Made by a program: the position numbers and the translations under genes. Shown here piece by piece: positions 1 through 7,900 of a stretch of 36,400 bases of DNA; position 1 is the stretch's first letter; every line of letters begins with the position of its first letter. The notes under the pieces were generated by a model. That model did not search any database, was not told the DNA's origin, and saw only the letters and a program-made list of their open reading frames with translations. The stretch is from contig VBPB01000021.1 in the NCBI GenBank assembly GCA_005893365.1, positions 1-36,400 on the forward strand, in the 5' to 3' direction. The DNA is from Candidatus Eiseniibacteriota bacterium. GTDB lineage: Bacteria; Eisenbacteria; RBG-16-71-46.

Positions 1-30
1 AGGAGGACTTCAAAGTCGCGACCAGCACCC
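1..30. repeat. Left arm (IR-L) of a 30-bp imperfect inverted repeat inside the M14 peptidase gene
   Basis: 1-30 (aggaggacttcaaAgtcgcgAccagcAccc) equals the reverse complement of 400-429 except for three A/G transitions. It lies at the window edge, so its left flank is unseen. Confidence 0.8.
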
Positions 31-410
31 GGCCGCTGCGCGCGGGCGGCCGCGAGTACCCGCGCGGCTCGTTCGTCGCGCGAATCGAGCGCAATCCCGA
101 GAGCCTCCACGCGCGCATCGCCGAGTTGGCGCGCACCTCGGGCGTGGCGGTGCAGGCGGTCAACTCGGCCTACACCGAGTCGGGCGACACCGGCGTGGGC
201 TCGGAGGCGGTCGTGAGCCTCAAGCGCCCGCGGGTCGCGGTGCTCGCCGACGGTCCGGTCTCGCCGACCAGCTACGGCTGGCTGTGGTTCCTGCTCGAGC
301 GCCGCGTGGGCCTGCGCTTCACCGCGCTGCGGGTGGACGCCCTCGGCGGCGCCGACCTCGCGCGCTACAACCTGGTCGTCATCCCGGATGGTAACGCCGG
401 GGCGCTGGCC
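3..410 (+). pseudogene. C-terminal segment of the M14 peptidase, inverted relative to the gene body
   Basis: Frame 3 is open from nt 3 and reads EDFKVATSTRPLRAGGREYPRGSFVARIERNPESLH...LARYNLVVIPDGNAGALA. This is the expected continuation of the minus-strand protein, which reads ...RLLQEDFKVA at 411-430. After nt ~430 the plus frame runs into antisense of the gene body and stops at 483-485. ORF 126..485 in the track is part of this segment. Confidence 0.7.
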
Positions 411-2380
411 GCGACCTTGAAGTCCTCCTGGAGCAGCCGGAGTGCCAACCGTGCCGCGCCCTCGACGTCGCAGCGCCACACGTAGGCGGTGCGCGCGCGC
501 CCGCCCTCGATCCGGCCGTGGAGGTCGAGCACCGTGACCCCGCCCGGATCGCGCAGCTCGAGCACGGCCGGCTCGCTCACCCGCGCGGGGAGCGGAACCG
601 CGACCGCCGCCGAATCGGCGAGCCGATCCTCGCCCGCATCGGGCCGCGGCGCGGGAAGTGCCCCGAGCGCCACGCCCGCCGGGACCTCGCGCAGCGCGTA
701 GGCCCGGACCCCATAGGTCATGGGGAGCGACCAGACGGTCACGTCGTAGAAGTCGTAGGGCTCCTTGGTCGCCCGCTTCCCGCGCGCGAGATTGCGCTCG
801 TACTTCTCGAGCTGGAGCCGTGCGAAGCCGGTGTCCATCGGGGCGTCGCGCTCGAGCAGCGTGCGCGCGAGCCGGCCCGCCGGCTGCGCGAGATTCACGA
901 CGAAGGCGCCGTGCGGGAACTCGCGCGCGGCGAAGGCCGCCTCGGGGCCGCCCGCCATGGCCTCGCGCGGCGTGAAGCGCTCGGGAGCGGCGGCGGCCTT
1001 GCCGCGCGGCTTGGGCGCGGGGGTCGCCGGCAGATCGGCCCACAGCGCGCGCGCGGTGGCGCGGAAGCTCTTCGGCACCCAGCGCACCTCGATCCCGGTC
1101 GCGATCAGGTTCTCGGCCAGCTCCGCCGCGCGCAGCGGGTCGCCGCCCGGATCGAGCGCGTAGGCGCGCGTCTCCCCGCGGCCGCCCTCGGCGATCGCCG
1201 CCAGCGCGAAGCGCCGGAAGTCGCGCAGGCGCTCGGCTCGGTGCGCGGCCGCCGCGGCGCAGGTCGCGAGCGAGGCGGTGAAGTGGCGCTGAATCCCATC
1301 GAGCAGGGTGACGACCGTCTCGTCGTCGCGGCGGATCGCGAGGTTCCCGCCGCCGTCGGTCTCGTAGGTCATCCCGACCGCGCCTTGGAGCGACGGCCAG
1401 GAGTCCCAGTAGCCCGGGTAGTAGAGGTCGAACACGTCGCGCACGTAGTAGTTCCAGCCGTAGCGGTCGAACGCCGCGGCGTTGGCGCGTCCGAAGATGT
1501 CGGTCCACTTGGCCACCTCCCCCGCCGAGAGCGCCGGGTTGATGGGGGTGGCCGGCGGCGCGAAGAAGTACGAGGCGGTCTGGCCGTGATGGTCCACGAA
1601 CACCTGCGGGCTCCACCGCCGGAACTCGCGCGCCATCTGGCGCGACTCGGCCTGGCTCATCGCCAGGGCGTCGCGGTTCAGGTCCACCTGATAATGATTG
1701 GTGCGGCCGCCGATGCCCCACGGCTGCTGGCGCTGCTGCTCGATGGCCCAGGGGTCGGGATCGCCGCTGCCGAGCGCGTTGATCCAGGTGACGAAGCGCT
1801 CGTGCCCGTCCGGGTTGTGCGCCAGGTTCATCACCACGACGCAGCGGTCGAGGATCCCTTTCGTGGTCGAGTCCTCCCCGGCCGCGAGCTGGTAGGCGAC
1901 CTGCATCATCGCCTCGAACGATGCGGACTCGTCGCCGTGGATGCTGTAGTTGAGCCACACCGTGACCGGGATGCTGTGGATGATGGCTTCGGCCTCGGCC
2001 GGGTTCGCCAGCCGGCGCGGGTCGGCGAGCTTGGCGGTCGCCTCGCGGATGGCGTCCAGGCGCTTCAGGTTCTCGGGCGACGAGACCACCAGCACCGCGC
2101 GCTCGCGGAACTCGTAGGAGCGCCCGAACGGCTCGCGCATCATCCGGTCCGGGGCGGCGTGCACCAGGGCGTCGATGTAGCGCTCCATGTTGCCGTACGA
2201 GGTGTGGAACGTGCCGGGCTCGTAGCCGAGCACGTCGGACGGCTTGGGCACGCCCTCGCGATAGGGCCCGCGGTCGTAGAAGTCGAAGCGCGCGGGCGCG
2301 GCGAGGGCGGCGGACGTGGCGAGCGCGCCCTCCATGAGCGCGGCGAGGCAACAGGCGGTGGCGAGCAGGGCACGGCGCAC
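365..2380 (-). CDS. M14 family zinc carboxypeptidase, secreted; ORF ends prematurely inside the inverted cassette
   Basis: Zn/catalytic motifs are present: SIHGDES (HxxE), NPDGHE and VDHHGQ. Start assigned to GTG at 2380, preceded by GGAGGA 5 nt upstream and followed by the signal peptide RRALLATACCLAALMEGALATSAALAAP. Authentic sequence runs to ~430 (..LLQEDFKVA). The last 21 codons (ASAPALPSGMTTRL..) are antisense of the inverted segment. The upstream extension to 2842 in the track overlaps vapB and is rejected. Confidence 0.85.
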   Translation of the reverse strand: MRRALLATACCLAALMEGALATSAALAAPARFDFYDRGPYREGVPKPSDVLGYEPGTFHTSYGNMERYIDALVHAAPDRMMREPFGRSYEFRERAVLVVSSPENLKRLDAIREATAKLADPRRLANPAEAEAIIHSIPVTVWLNYSIHGDESASFEAMMQVAYQLAAGEDSTTKGILDRCVVVMNLAHNPDGHERFVTWINALGSGDPDPWAIEQQRQQPWGIGGRTNHYQVDLNRDALAMSQAESRQMAREFRRWSPQVFVDHHGQTASYFFAPPATPINPALSAGEVAKWTDIFGRANAAAFDRYGWNYYVRDVFDLYYPGYWDSWPSLQGAVGMTYETDGGGNLAIRRDDETVVTLLDGIQRHFTASLATCAAAAAHRAERLRDFRRFALAAIAEGGRGETRAYALDPGGDPLRAAELAENLIATGIEVRWVPKSFRATARALWADLPATPAPKPRGKAAAAPERFTPREAMAGGPEAAFAAREFPHGAFVVNLAQPAGRLARTLLERDAPMDTGFARLQLEKYERNLARGKRATKEPYDFYDVTVWSLPMTYGVRAYALREVPAGVALGALPAPRPDAGEDRLADSAAVAVPLPARVSEPAVLELRDPGGVTVLDLHGRIEGGRARTAYVWRCDVEGAARLALRLLQEDFKVAASAPALPSGMTTRL
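400..429. repeat. Right arm (IR-R) of the 30-bp inverted repeat
   Basis: Reverse complement of 400-429 is aggaggacttcaaGgtcgcgGccagcGccc, 27/30 identical to 1-30. Complementarity stops beyond 30 bp. Confidence 0.8.
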
Positions 2381-2418
2381 GGGCGTCCTCCGGTGGGACA
2401 GTCCTCGCGAGATCGCCG

Positions 2419-2434
2419 GGCAGTCTAGCCGATG
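2419..2434 (-). promoter_or_regulatory. Putative -10 region (TAGACT) for the M14 gene within a 16-nt motif shared with the Kelch upstream region
   Basis: Minus strand reads CATCGGCTAGACTGCC. TAGACT fits TAnnnT and lies ~40 nt upstream of the GTG start. The same 16-mer occurs at 7878-7893. Confidence 0.4.
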
Positions 2435-2578
2435 CCGCGGCCTGGCTCCATCGGGACCGGCGGGTGAGAAGTCGAGCCACCCCATCCCCCGGCCAGGCCC
2501 CGCCCCTCGGCGGGCGCCCCCCGTGGCGGGCCGGACCGGTCGTTGACCCGTATGCATCAATATGGCATCCTCATGCAC

Positions 2579-2779
2579 ATGAGGACGACGCTGAACATCG
2601 ATGAGCCCCTGCTGCGGCAGGCGGCGAGGCTGACCGGCGTTTCGGAGAAGACGTCGCTCGTGCGCATGGGCCTCGAGGCGCTCATCGCCCGGGAGAGCGC
2701 CCGGCGCCTGGCGCGGCTGGGAGGCACCGAGAAGAAGCTGACCCGGATCCGGAGACGCCGCCCGGGCCGGGCGGCATGA
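2579..2779 (+). CDS. vapB: Type II antitoxin, VapB-like
   Basis: MRTTLNIDEPLLRQAARLTGVSEKTSLVRMGLEALI is a typical VapB N-terminus. Its stop overlaps the vapC start (ATGA at 2776-2779). Alternative in-frame starts are at 2573 and 2543. A locally AT-rich patch (2543-2575) lies upstream. Confidence 0.8.
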   Translation: MRTTLNIDEPLLRQAARLTGVSEKTSLVRMGLEALIARESARRLARLGGTEKKLTRIRRRRPGRAA

Positions 2780-3132
2780 TCCTCGTCGACACCTCGGTCT
2801 GGGTCGATCACCTGCGCTTCGGGAACGCCGCGCTGGTCTCACTGCTCGAGAGTGAGCAGGTGCTCACCCACCCGTTCGTCATCGGCGAGCTGGCGTGCGG
2901 CCAACTCAGGAACCGCCGCGAGGTCCTGCGCCTCCTCGGCACCCTCCCTTCGGCGGCCGTCGCCAGCCACGAAGAGGTCCTGGCGTTCCTAGAGGGCCGT
3001 CGGTTGTTCGGCCGTGGGGTCGGCTGGGTGGATGCCCACCTGCTGGCGTCGGCCGTCGTCTCGCACGCCCGATTGCTGGCGCTCGACCGGCGACTCTCCC
3101 AACTGGCCCGCGAGCTGCGGGTCACGGCCTAG
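2776..3132 (+). CDS. vapC: PIN-domain ribonuclease toxin VapC
   Basis: MILVDTSVWVDHL.., ..FVIGELACG.. and ..WVDAHLLASA.. supply the conserved acidic PIN residues. The 118-aa size and 4-nt overlap with the antitoxin fit. Confidence 0.9.
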   Translation: MILVDTSVWVDHLRFGNAALVSLLESEQVLTHPFVIGELACGQLRNRREVLRLLGTLPSAAVASHEEVLAFLEGRRLFGRGVGWVDAHLLASAVVSHARLLALDRRLSQLARELRVTA

Positions 3133-3220
3133 TTTCAGTCGCTACCTCGCGTCGCGCCTGCGCCCGCGTCAACGCAGGGGACGGCACCACGGCCGTGCTC
3201 CTGTCCTCGTGCTCATGCGC

Positions 3221-3332
3221 CCTCCTCCATCGGCGGACCATCGCGTCGCCGGCCGCAGGCGGCGGAATTGACCATCCATGTTTCGCGACTGGCGGAGCGG
3301 AGCCTGGCCCATTGGCGGGCGGCCAAGGCGAT
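3221..3332. repeat. Direct repeat R1 (112 bp), non-coding
   Basis: The 92-bp core 3241-3332 matches 7921-8012 with one mismatch (3271 a vs 7951 g). 3221-3240 matches 7901-7920 at 16/20. The repeat ends exactly where the truncated M14 copy begins (3332|3333). Confidence 0.9.
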
Positions 3333-3700
3333 GATGATGGCCTCGGCCTCGGCCGGGTTCGCCAGCCGGCGCGGGTCGGCGAGCTTGGCGGTCGCCTCGC
3401 GGATGGCGTCCAGGCGCTTCAGGTTCTCGGGCGACGAGACCACCAGCACCGCGCGCGCTCGCGGAACTCGTACGAGCGCCCGAACGGCTCGCGCATCATC
3501 CGGTCCGGGGCGGCGTGCACGAGGGCGTCGATGTAGCGCTCCATGTTGCCGTACGAGGTGTGGAACGTCCCGGGCTCGGGCTTGGGCCCGCCGGCGCGGT
3601 AGGGCCCGCGGTCGTAGAAATCGAAGCGGGCGGGCGACGCGGACGAGGGCGGGGCGAGCGCGAGCGCGCACGCGACGAGACAGCGATGGACGGGGCGCAC
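3333..3700 (-). pseudogene. Truncated, frameshifted second copy of the M14 peptidase 5' end
   Basis: 3333-~3575 aligns to 1979-~2220 with 4 substitutions and a 2-nt insertion (accgcgcGCgctcgcgg, ~3463) that shifts the frame. Further upstream there is an 18-nt deletion and a divergent signal peptide (MRPVHRCLVACALALAPPSSASPARFDF). The copy has its own GGAGGT SD and a GTG start at 3700. The encoded text ..SPENLKRLDAIREATAKLADPRRLANPAEAEAII stops abruptly at R1. Confidence 0.85.
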
Positions 3701-3743
3701 GAGCGACCTCCGACGGTGAGGACGGACTGGACGCGTGCCCCGG

Positions 3744-3754
3744 AGTCTAGCCGA
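3744..3754 (-). promoter_or_regulatory. TAGACT -10-like element upstream of the truncated M14 copy
   Basis: agtctagccga on the plus strand (minus strand TCGGCTAGACT), ~45 nt upstream of the relic GTG at 3700. It directly abuts the Kelch gene stop at 3760. Confidence 0.3.
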
Positions 3755-3759
3755 ATCCG

Positions 3760-6700
3760 TCAGCGAATGCGCACCACCCGCCGGACCGTCGTGAACTCGC
3801 CCGCCCGCACGAGGCAGAAGTACACGCCGGGCCCGGCCGCGTGGCCCGCGGCGTCGTCGCCGATCCATTCCACCGGATGCCGGCCGGCGGGCAACTCGCC
3901 CGCGACGAGCGTGCGCACCAGCCGGCCGCGGAGGTCGAAGATCCGCAGGTCCACGCGCGTGCGAAACGGCAGCGCGAGCTGAAGCCGCGTGACGGTGGAG
4001 GATGGATTCGGTCCGGCGGGCTCGAGTGCCAATCGCGTCGGGGCCGGCTCCGGCTCGGTGCCGACGATGGTGGGATCGAAGTACGCCTCGAGCGCCTTGT
4101 TCCCGTTCATCGTGAGGGCCAGAGGATTGTTCTCGGTCCGCACGTCTCCCAGCCAGTGCTCGAAGTGGAAGCCCGACGCGGGAACCGGCGTCAGCGTCAC
4201 GACCGTGCCCGAAGGGAAGCAATCGCCCGCCGGCTGTCGATCGAGCGCGCCGCGCGCGGGGTCGACGGCCGCTACGTCCAGCCAGTAGCCCCCGGCCAGC
4301 GACAGCGCTTCGGTGTCAGCATGCTGCAGGCCTTGGACGACGACCAGTCGGTCGTTCTGGACGTCGTACGCCGCTCCGAAGCTCGATCGGGTTCCCGGCA
4401 TCGTTCCATCGGCGCTGAGTCGCGTCCAGAACGGACCCTGTCGGAACGAAAGGGTGTACACGTCCTCCAGCGGCATCGGGCCCTGGTATCCGGAGGTGCT
4501 CGGATCTATCGGGGCGCCCGAATACAGGACCATGCGGTCGCGCAGCGGATCATAGATGGCTCCCCCCTGCCCCCGGGGTTCGGGGAGCGTTCCGCTGGCG
4601 CTGATCGGCGTCCAGGCCGGCGTGCCCGTGAGCGAGAGTGCCCACAGGTCGTTCAACGCGGGGACCCAGGGGCTGAAGCCCCCGAAGACGACGAGGCGCC
4701 TGCGCGCCCGGTCGTAGATCGCCTGGTGCCCACAGCGCTGGGGAGGCGGGGTGCCGCTGGGCGTCAGGTGGGACCAGCTCGGCGTCCCGGAGAGCGAGAG
4801 CGCCCAGACGTCGTTGAGGAAGTTGTCGGACGCGGACCAGGCGCTGCGTCCACCGAATGCGATGAGGCGGTCGCCGTTCGGGTCGTAGGTCAACGATCCC
4901 AGGAAATGGGGTCCCGGGACTCCGCCTGCCGGCTGGACCTGCGACCAGGTGGGAGCCCCCGCCAGAGACAGTGTCCACACATCCTCCGAGACGCTCAGGT
5001 CCGGCTTGGCGCCCCCATAGAGGATCACGCGGTCTCGACTCGAGTCCATGACCGCCCGGACGAAGTAGTGGAACCCGGGGTTGGGTCCCTGGGCCGGCAC
5101 CTGGGTCCATTCATCGGCGCCCTGCGGTAGGGCCCACACCTGGAACTCGCCAGTGCCCAGGTTCGTCGTGCCCAGCGCGAGCACCCGTTGCCTCGCCGCG
5201 TCGTAGACGGCGGCCACGTCGTAATCGAGCGGGACCACCCCGGTTTGGTCGAGGACCCGCCTCCAGCCGTCACACTGTGGAGGCGGTTGCACGAGGTGCG
5301 CCAACTCGGTCTTGGGGCCGTCCACGGTGAGCTGAAGGGGGTTCGCGTTGCCCGACGCCGAGCCGCTCCAGGAGTCGAGATGGAACCCCTGGTTGCCGAC
5401 GGCCGTGAACGTGGCCGTGGCGCCGGCGGAGGCGCATCCGTACGGTGGATCCACGGCCGCGTATCCCGCCACGTCTGGAGTGGCGCTCGCGTTGAGCGGG
5501 TACAGGTTCGTGGGGAACGACTCGGCGACCACGCTGTTGGCGCCGTACCCGGTCGTCGGGTTGGTGCCCGCGATCAGGATCACGCGGTCGTTCTGCAGGT
5601 CGAAGAGCGCCCGGGCGCCGAACGGGCCGGTCGTCCCATCCGTGGTCCCCACGATGGACCAGACCGGTGTGCCCGCCAGGGGAAGCGCATAAGTATCGTA
5701 CCCGAACTCGATCAGGCGGTTGCGCGCGCCGTCGAAGACCGCCGACGGCGAGGGTCCCGAGGCCCCATAGGGGTCGGTCAGGAGCAGCGTCCACGCCCCG
5801 CCGCCCGCGAACGAGAGCGACCACAGTTCGGTCCCCGAACCGCCTGAACTCACGACCAGCATACGATCTCGCGGGCGGTCGAAGATCGCCGCGGGATCGG
5901 CGAGGTACGGCGCATCGCCCGAGGGACTCAACTGGGTCCACGAACCTCCTCCAGAAAGGGACAACACCCAGAGGTCGGACTCCTGGCCAGCGTCATCGTT
6001 GCCCCCGAACAGGACCATGCGACTGCGGGTCGGATCGTAGATGGCGATGGAGTGGTCGCGCGGCGATGGCGCCGCCCCCGAGGGGTTAAGGTCGGTCCAG
6101 GCGGAGGTGCCGGTCAGACTGAGCGCCGAGACGTCATTGCGACGCACGCCGTTCTCGTCGGTCCCGCCGAACACCAAGAGGCGGGAGCGCGCGGAGTCCA
6201 CCACGGCCGCCGAACCCGTGCGGGCCGGCGCCGACCCGGTCGGCGTCAGCCGCGTCCATCCGGGGGCGCCGTTGGTCTGGAACACCCAGGCATCGTCGAG
6301 CGCCCACCCCGAAGCGGTGCCGCCATAGAGGATGGCGCGATGACGCGCTCCATCGTAGATGGCGACATGATCGGTTCGCTGTTGTGGGGGCTGACCCGGG
6401 TCGACCAGCGTGGTCCACACCGGCCCTCCGGAGAGGTTGACGGCCCAGGTCTCGTCACTGCTCGCGCCCCAGCCTCCGACGTTCAGCAGGCGACCGCGAA
6501 CCGGATCGTAGGCGACGGCATTGCCATCCACGCCCGGAGGCGCGCCGCCGGAGGGACTGAGCTTGGTCCACTTGGGTCCACTTGCCAGCGACAGGGCCCA
6601 TAGCTCGTTCTCCTCGAAGTAGTTCGTCCCGTCGTACCCCACCCCGCCGAAGACCAGCATCCGATTGTTCGCCGGGTCGAACAACGCGGCGTGGGCCGTT

Positions 6701-7695
6701 CGCGCGATGGGCGCGGTGCCGGAAGGGGCGAGCGCGGTCCAGGCGGGCGCTCCGCTCAACGCCAGCGCCCAGATCTCGCCGGTCGGCGTGCCGTCGGAGC
6801 CGAGGGATCCCCCGTACACCACCATCCGGTTGCGCGGCGCGTCGAAGATCGCCGTGTGCGAGACGCGCGGACCCGGCGGGGTCCCCGAGGGCGCGATCGC
6901 GGTCCACGCCGGGGCGCCGGCGAGGTCGAGCGCCCAGATGTCGCCGAGAAAGGTCCCGGCGTCGTAGCCGGCGAAGACCACCATGCGACCGCGGGGGGCG
7001 TCGAAGATGGCGGTATGGCCGAAGCGCGCCGGTGGCGGCGATCCGGACGGGGCGAGCGCCGTCCAGATCCCGGTCGCCAGGTCCAGGGCGAACACGTCGT
7101 TTGTCCCATAGCCGTCAGAGGTGCCGCCGAACACGACCATGCGATCGCGCGGAGCATCGTAGATCGCCGAGGCCGAGTATCGTGGCGTGGGAGCCGTGCC
7201 GCTGGTGGTCAGCCGCTGCCAGTGCAACGCCCCGCCGAGCGCCGCCGTCCAGACGTCGGCACTCACATCGCCGCTTGGGAGATACCCGCCGAAGAGGACG
7301 AGGCGGTCCCGGACCGGATCGTAGATCAGCGACTGCAGCTCGATGCCGAATGGCGCCGAGTCAGGCTCGAGCATCGACCACGACCCGCACGTCGAGTACG
7401 AGGGGTACTGCTCGGCCACGGCCGCCGATCCCGCGCGCGGGCGTGAAGAGGTGCGGGCACGCGCGTCTCTTACGGCGTTGCGCGGGCGAAGCCGATCGTG
7501 GGGGGAAGCGGGCCGGATCACGCCATGCTGCATTTGGAATCGCTCGACCGCGGGGAGGCGGGGCCCGCGCTGGGGCGCGGTCGCGCGGGCCGCGGATGGA
7601 GCGCCGAGAACGAGGATGAAGGCCAGCGCGCCGATCGCGCGCCTCCGGGCCGGCATGACGGTGGGTGGGCGGTGGAGCCCGTCGCACGCGCGCAT
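3760..7695 (-). CDS. Giant secreted Kelch-repeat beta-propeller protein with two InlB B-repeat-like modules and a FlgD-Ig / T9SS-type C-terminal domain
   Basis: More than 20 Kelch-like blades (recurring ..R..HSA/TAIYD...RMVVFGG.......DVWAL.L.G.P.W..L..). There are two ~60-aa modules of the divergent InlB B-repeat type (..GATATFTAVGNQGFHLDSWSGSASG.. and ..GTVVTLTPVPASGFHFEHWLGDV..). The C-terminus is LEPAGPNPSSTVTRLQLALP...VDLRIFDLRGRLVRTL...GVYFCLVRAG. Start chosen at ATG 7695 (GGAGGTG 6 nt upstream); alternatives are 7710 (GTG) and 7656 (ATG, before the hydrophobic signal core). Confidence 0.85.
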   Translation of the reverse strand: MRACDGLHRPPTVMPARRRAIGALAFILVLGAPSAARATAPQRGPRLPAVERFQMQHGVIRPASPHDRLRPRNAVRDARARTSSRPRAGSAAVAEQYPSYSTCGSWSMLEPDSAPFGIELQSLIYDPVRDRLVLFGGYLPSGDVSADVWTAALGGALHWQRLTTSGTAPTPRYSASAIYDAPRDRMVVFGGTSDGYGTNDVFALDLATGIWTALAPSGSPPPARFGHTAIFDAPRGRMVVFAGYDAGTFLGDIWALDLAGAPAWTAIAPSGTPPGPRVSHTAIFDAPRNRMVVYGGSLGSDGTPTGEIWALALSGAPAWTALAPSGTAPIARTAHAALFDPANNRMLVFGGVGYDGTNYFEENELWALSLASGPKWTKLSPSGGAPPGVDGNAVAYDPVRGRLLNVGGWGASSDETWAVNLSGGPVWTTLVDPGQPPQQRTDHVAIYDGARHRAILYGGTASGWALDDAWVFQTNGAPGWTRLTPTGSAPARTGSAAVVDSARSRLLVFGGTDENGVRRNDVSALSLTGTSAWTDLNPSGAAPSPRDHSIAIYDPTRSRMVLFGGNDDAGQESDLWVLSLSGGGSWTQLSPSGDAPYLADPAAIFDRPRDRMLVVSSGGSGTELWSLSFAGGGAWTLLLTDPYGASGPSPSAVFDGARNRLIEFGYDTYALPLAGTPVWSIVGTTDGTTGPFGARALFDLQNDRVILIAGTNPTTGYGANSVVAESFPTNLYPLNASATPDVAGYAAVDPPYGCASAGATATFTAVGNQGFHLDSWSGSASGNANPLQLTVDGPKTELAHLVQPPPQCDGWRRVLDQTGVVPLDYDVAAVYDAARQRVLALGTTNLGTGEFQVWALPQGADEWTQVPAQGPNPGFHYFVRAVMDSSRDRVILYGGAKPDLSVSEDVWTLSLAGAPTWSQVQPAGGVPGPHFLGSLTYDPNGDRLIAFGGRSAWSASDNFLNDVWALSLSGTPSWSHLTPSGTPPPQRCGHQAIYDRARRRLVVFGGFSPWVPALNDLWALSLTGTPAWTPISASGTLPEPRGQGGAIYDPLRDRMVLYSGAPIDPSTSGYQGPMPLEDVYTLSFRQGPFWTRLSADGTMPGTRSSFGAAYDVQNDRLVVVQGLQHADTEALSLAGGYWLDVAAVDPARGALDRQPAGDCFPSGTVVTLTPVPASGFHFEHWLGDVRTENNPLALTMNGNKALEAYFDPTIVGTEPEPAPTRLALEPAGPNPSSTVTRLQLALPFRTRVDLRIFDLRGRLVRTLVAGELPAGRHPVEWIGDDAAGHAAGPGVYFCLVRAGEFTTVRRVVRIR

Positions 7696-7877
7696 GGCAT
7701 TCACCTCCACAACACGGACGCCGCTCGGAGCGAAGGAGTAGCTCGCGGCTGCCGCGCACGGTACCTAGGAAGCCGACAACGCGAAATTGTACCCCCATCC
7801 GTCGCCCGCTCCAAGGGCGATCCACGGCGCACGGGCAAGTCTCCGGGGACATCGTTAGGCGCGGGACGAACGCGCGC

Positions 7878-7893
7878 GGCAGTCTAGCCGATG
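7878..7893 (-). promoter_or_regulatory. TAGACT -10-like element / 16-nt motif upstream of the Kelch gene
   Basis: ggcagtctagccgatg is identical to 2419-2434. It lies ~185 nt upstream of the Kelch start and 7 nt from repeat R2. Confidence 0.3.
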
Positions 7894-7900
7894 GGCGGCT

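Noticed and set aside
1-430. Simple fold-back (palindromic) assembly chimera at a contig end
   Set aside because: Complementarity between the two sides stops after 30 bp and has three mismatches. The sequences beyond the repeat are different, meaningful parts of the same protein. Mis-assembly is still not formally excluded; see the finding.
1-430. DGR-like adenine mutagenesis, because all three IR mismatches are A versus G
   Set aside because: No reverse transcriptase is present, and no longer template/variable repeat pair. The repeats are inverted and only 30 bp. The substitutions in the M14 duplicate (3333-3575) are not adenine-specific.
126-485. 119-aa plus-strand ORF as an independent small gene
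   Set aside because: Its frame is open from nt 3, and its sequence is the displaced C-terminal segment of the M14 peptidase. The TTG at 126 is not a real start.
518-2428. 636-aa plus-strand ORF (with 658..975, 765..1163 and others) opposite the M14 gene
   Set aside because: It is Arg/Gly/Pro/Ala-rich with no motifs and no SD, and is antisense to a gene with clear catalytic motifs. This is a typical high-GC shadow ORF.
3221-3332. R1/R2 as tRNA-derived att sites or as coding sequence
   Set aside because: There is no cloverleaf or T-loop (GTTCGAATC-like) signature, and no integrase in the window. The ORFs crossing the repeats (such as the 7958 start of the FN3-like ORF) give non-protein-like text and are better explained by the downstream start at 8111.
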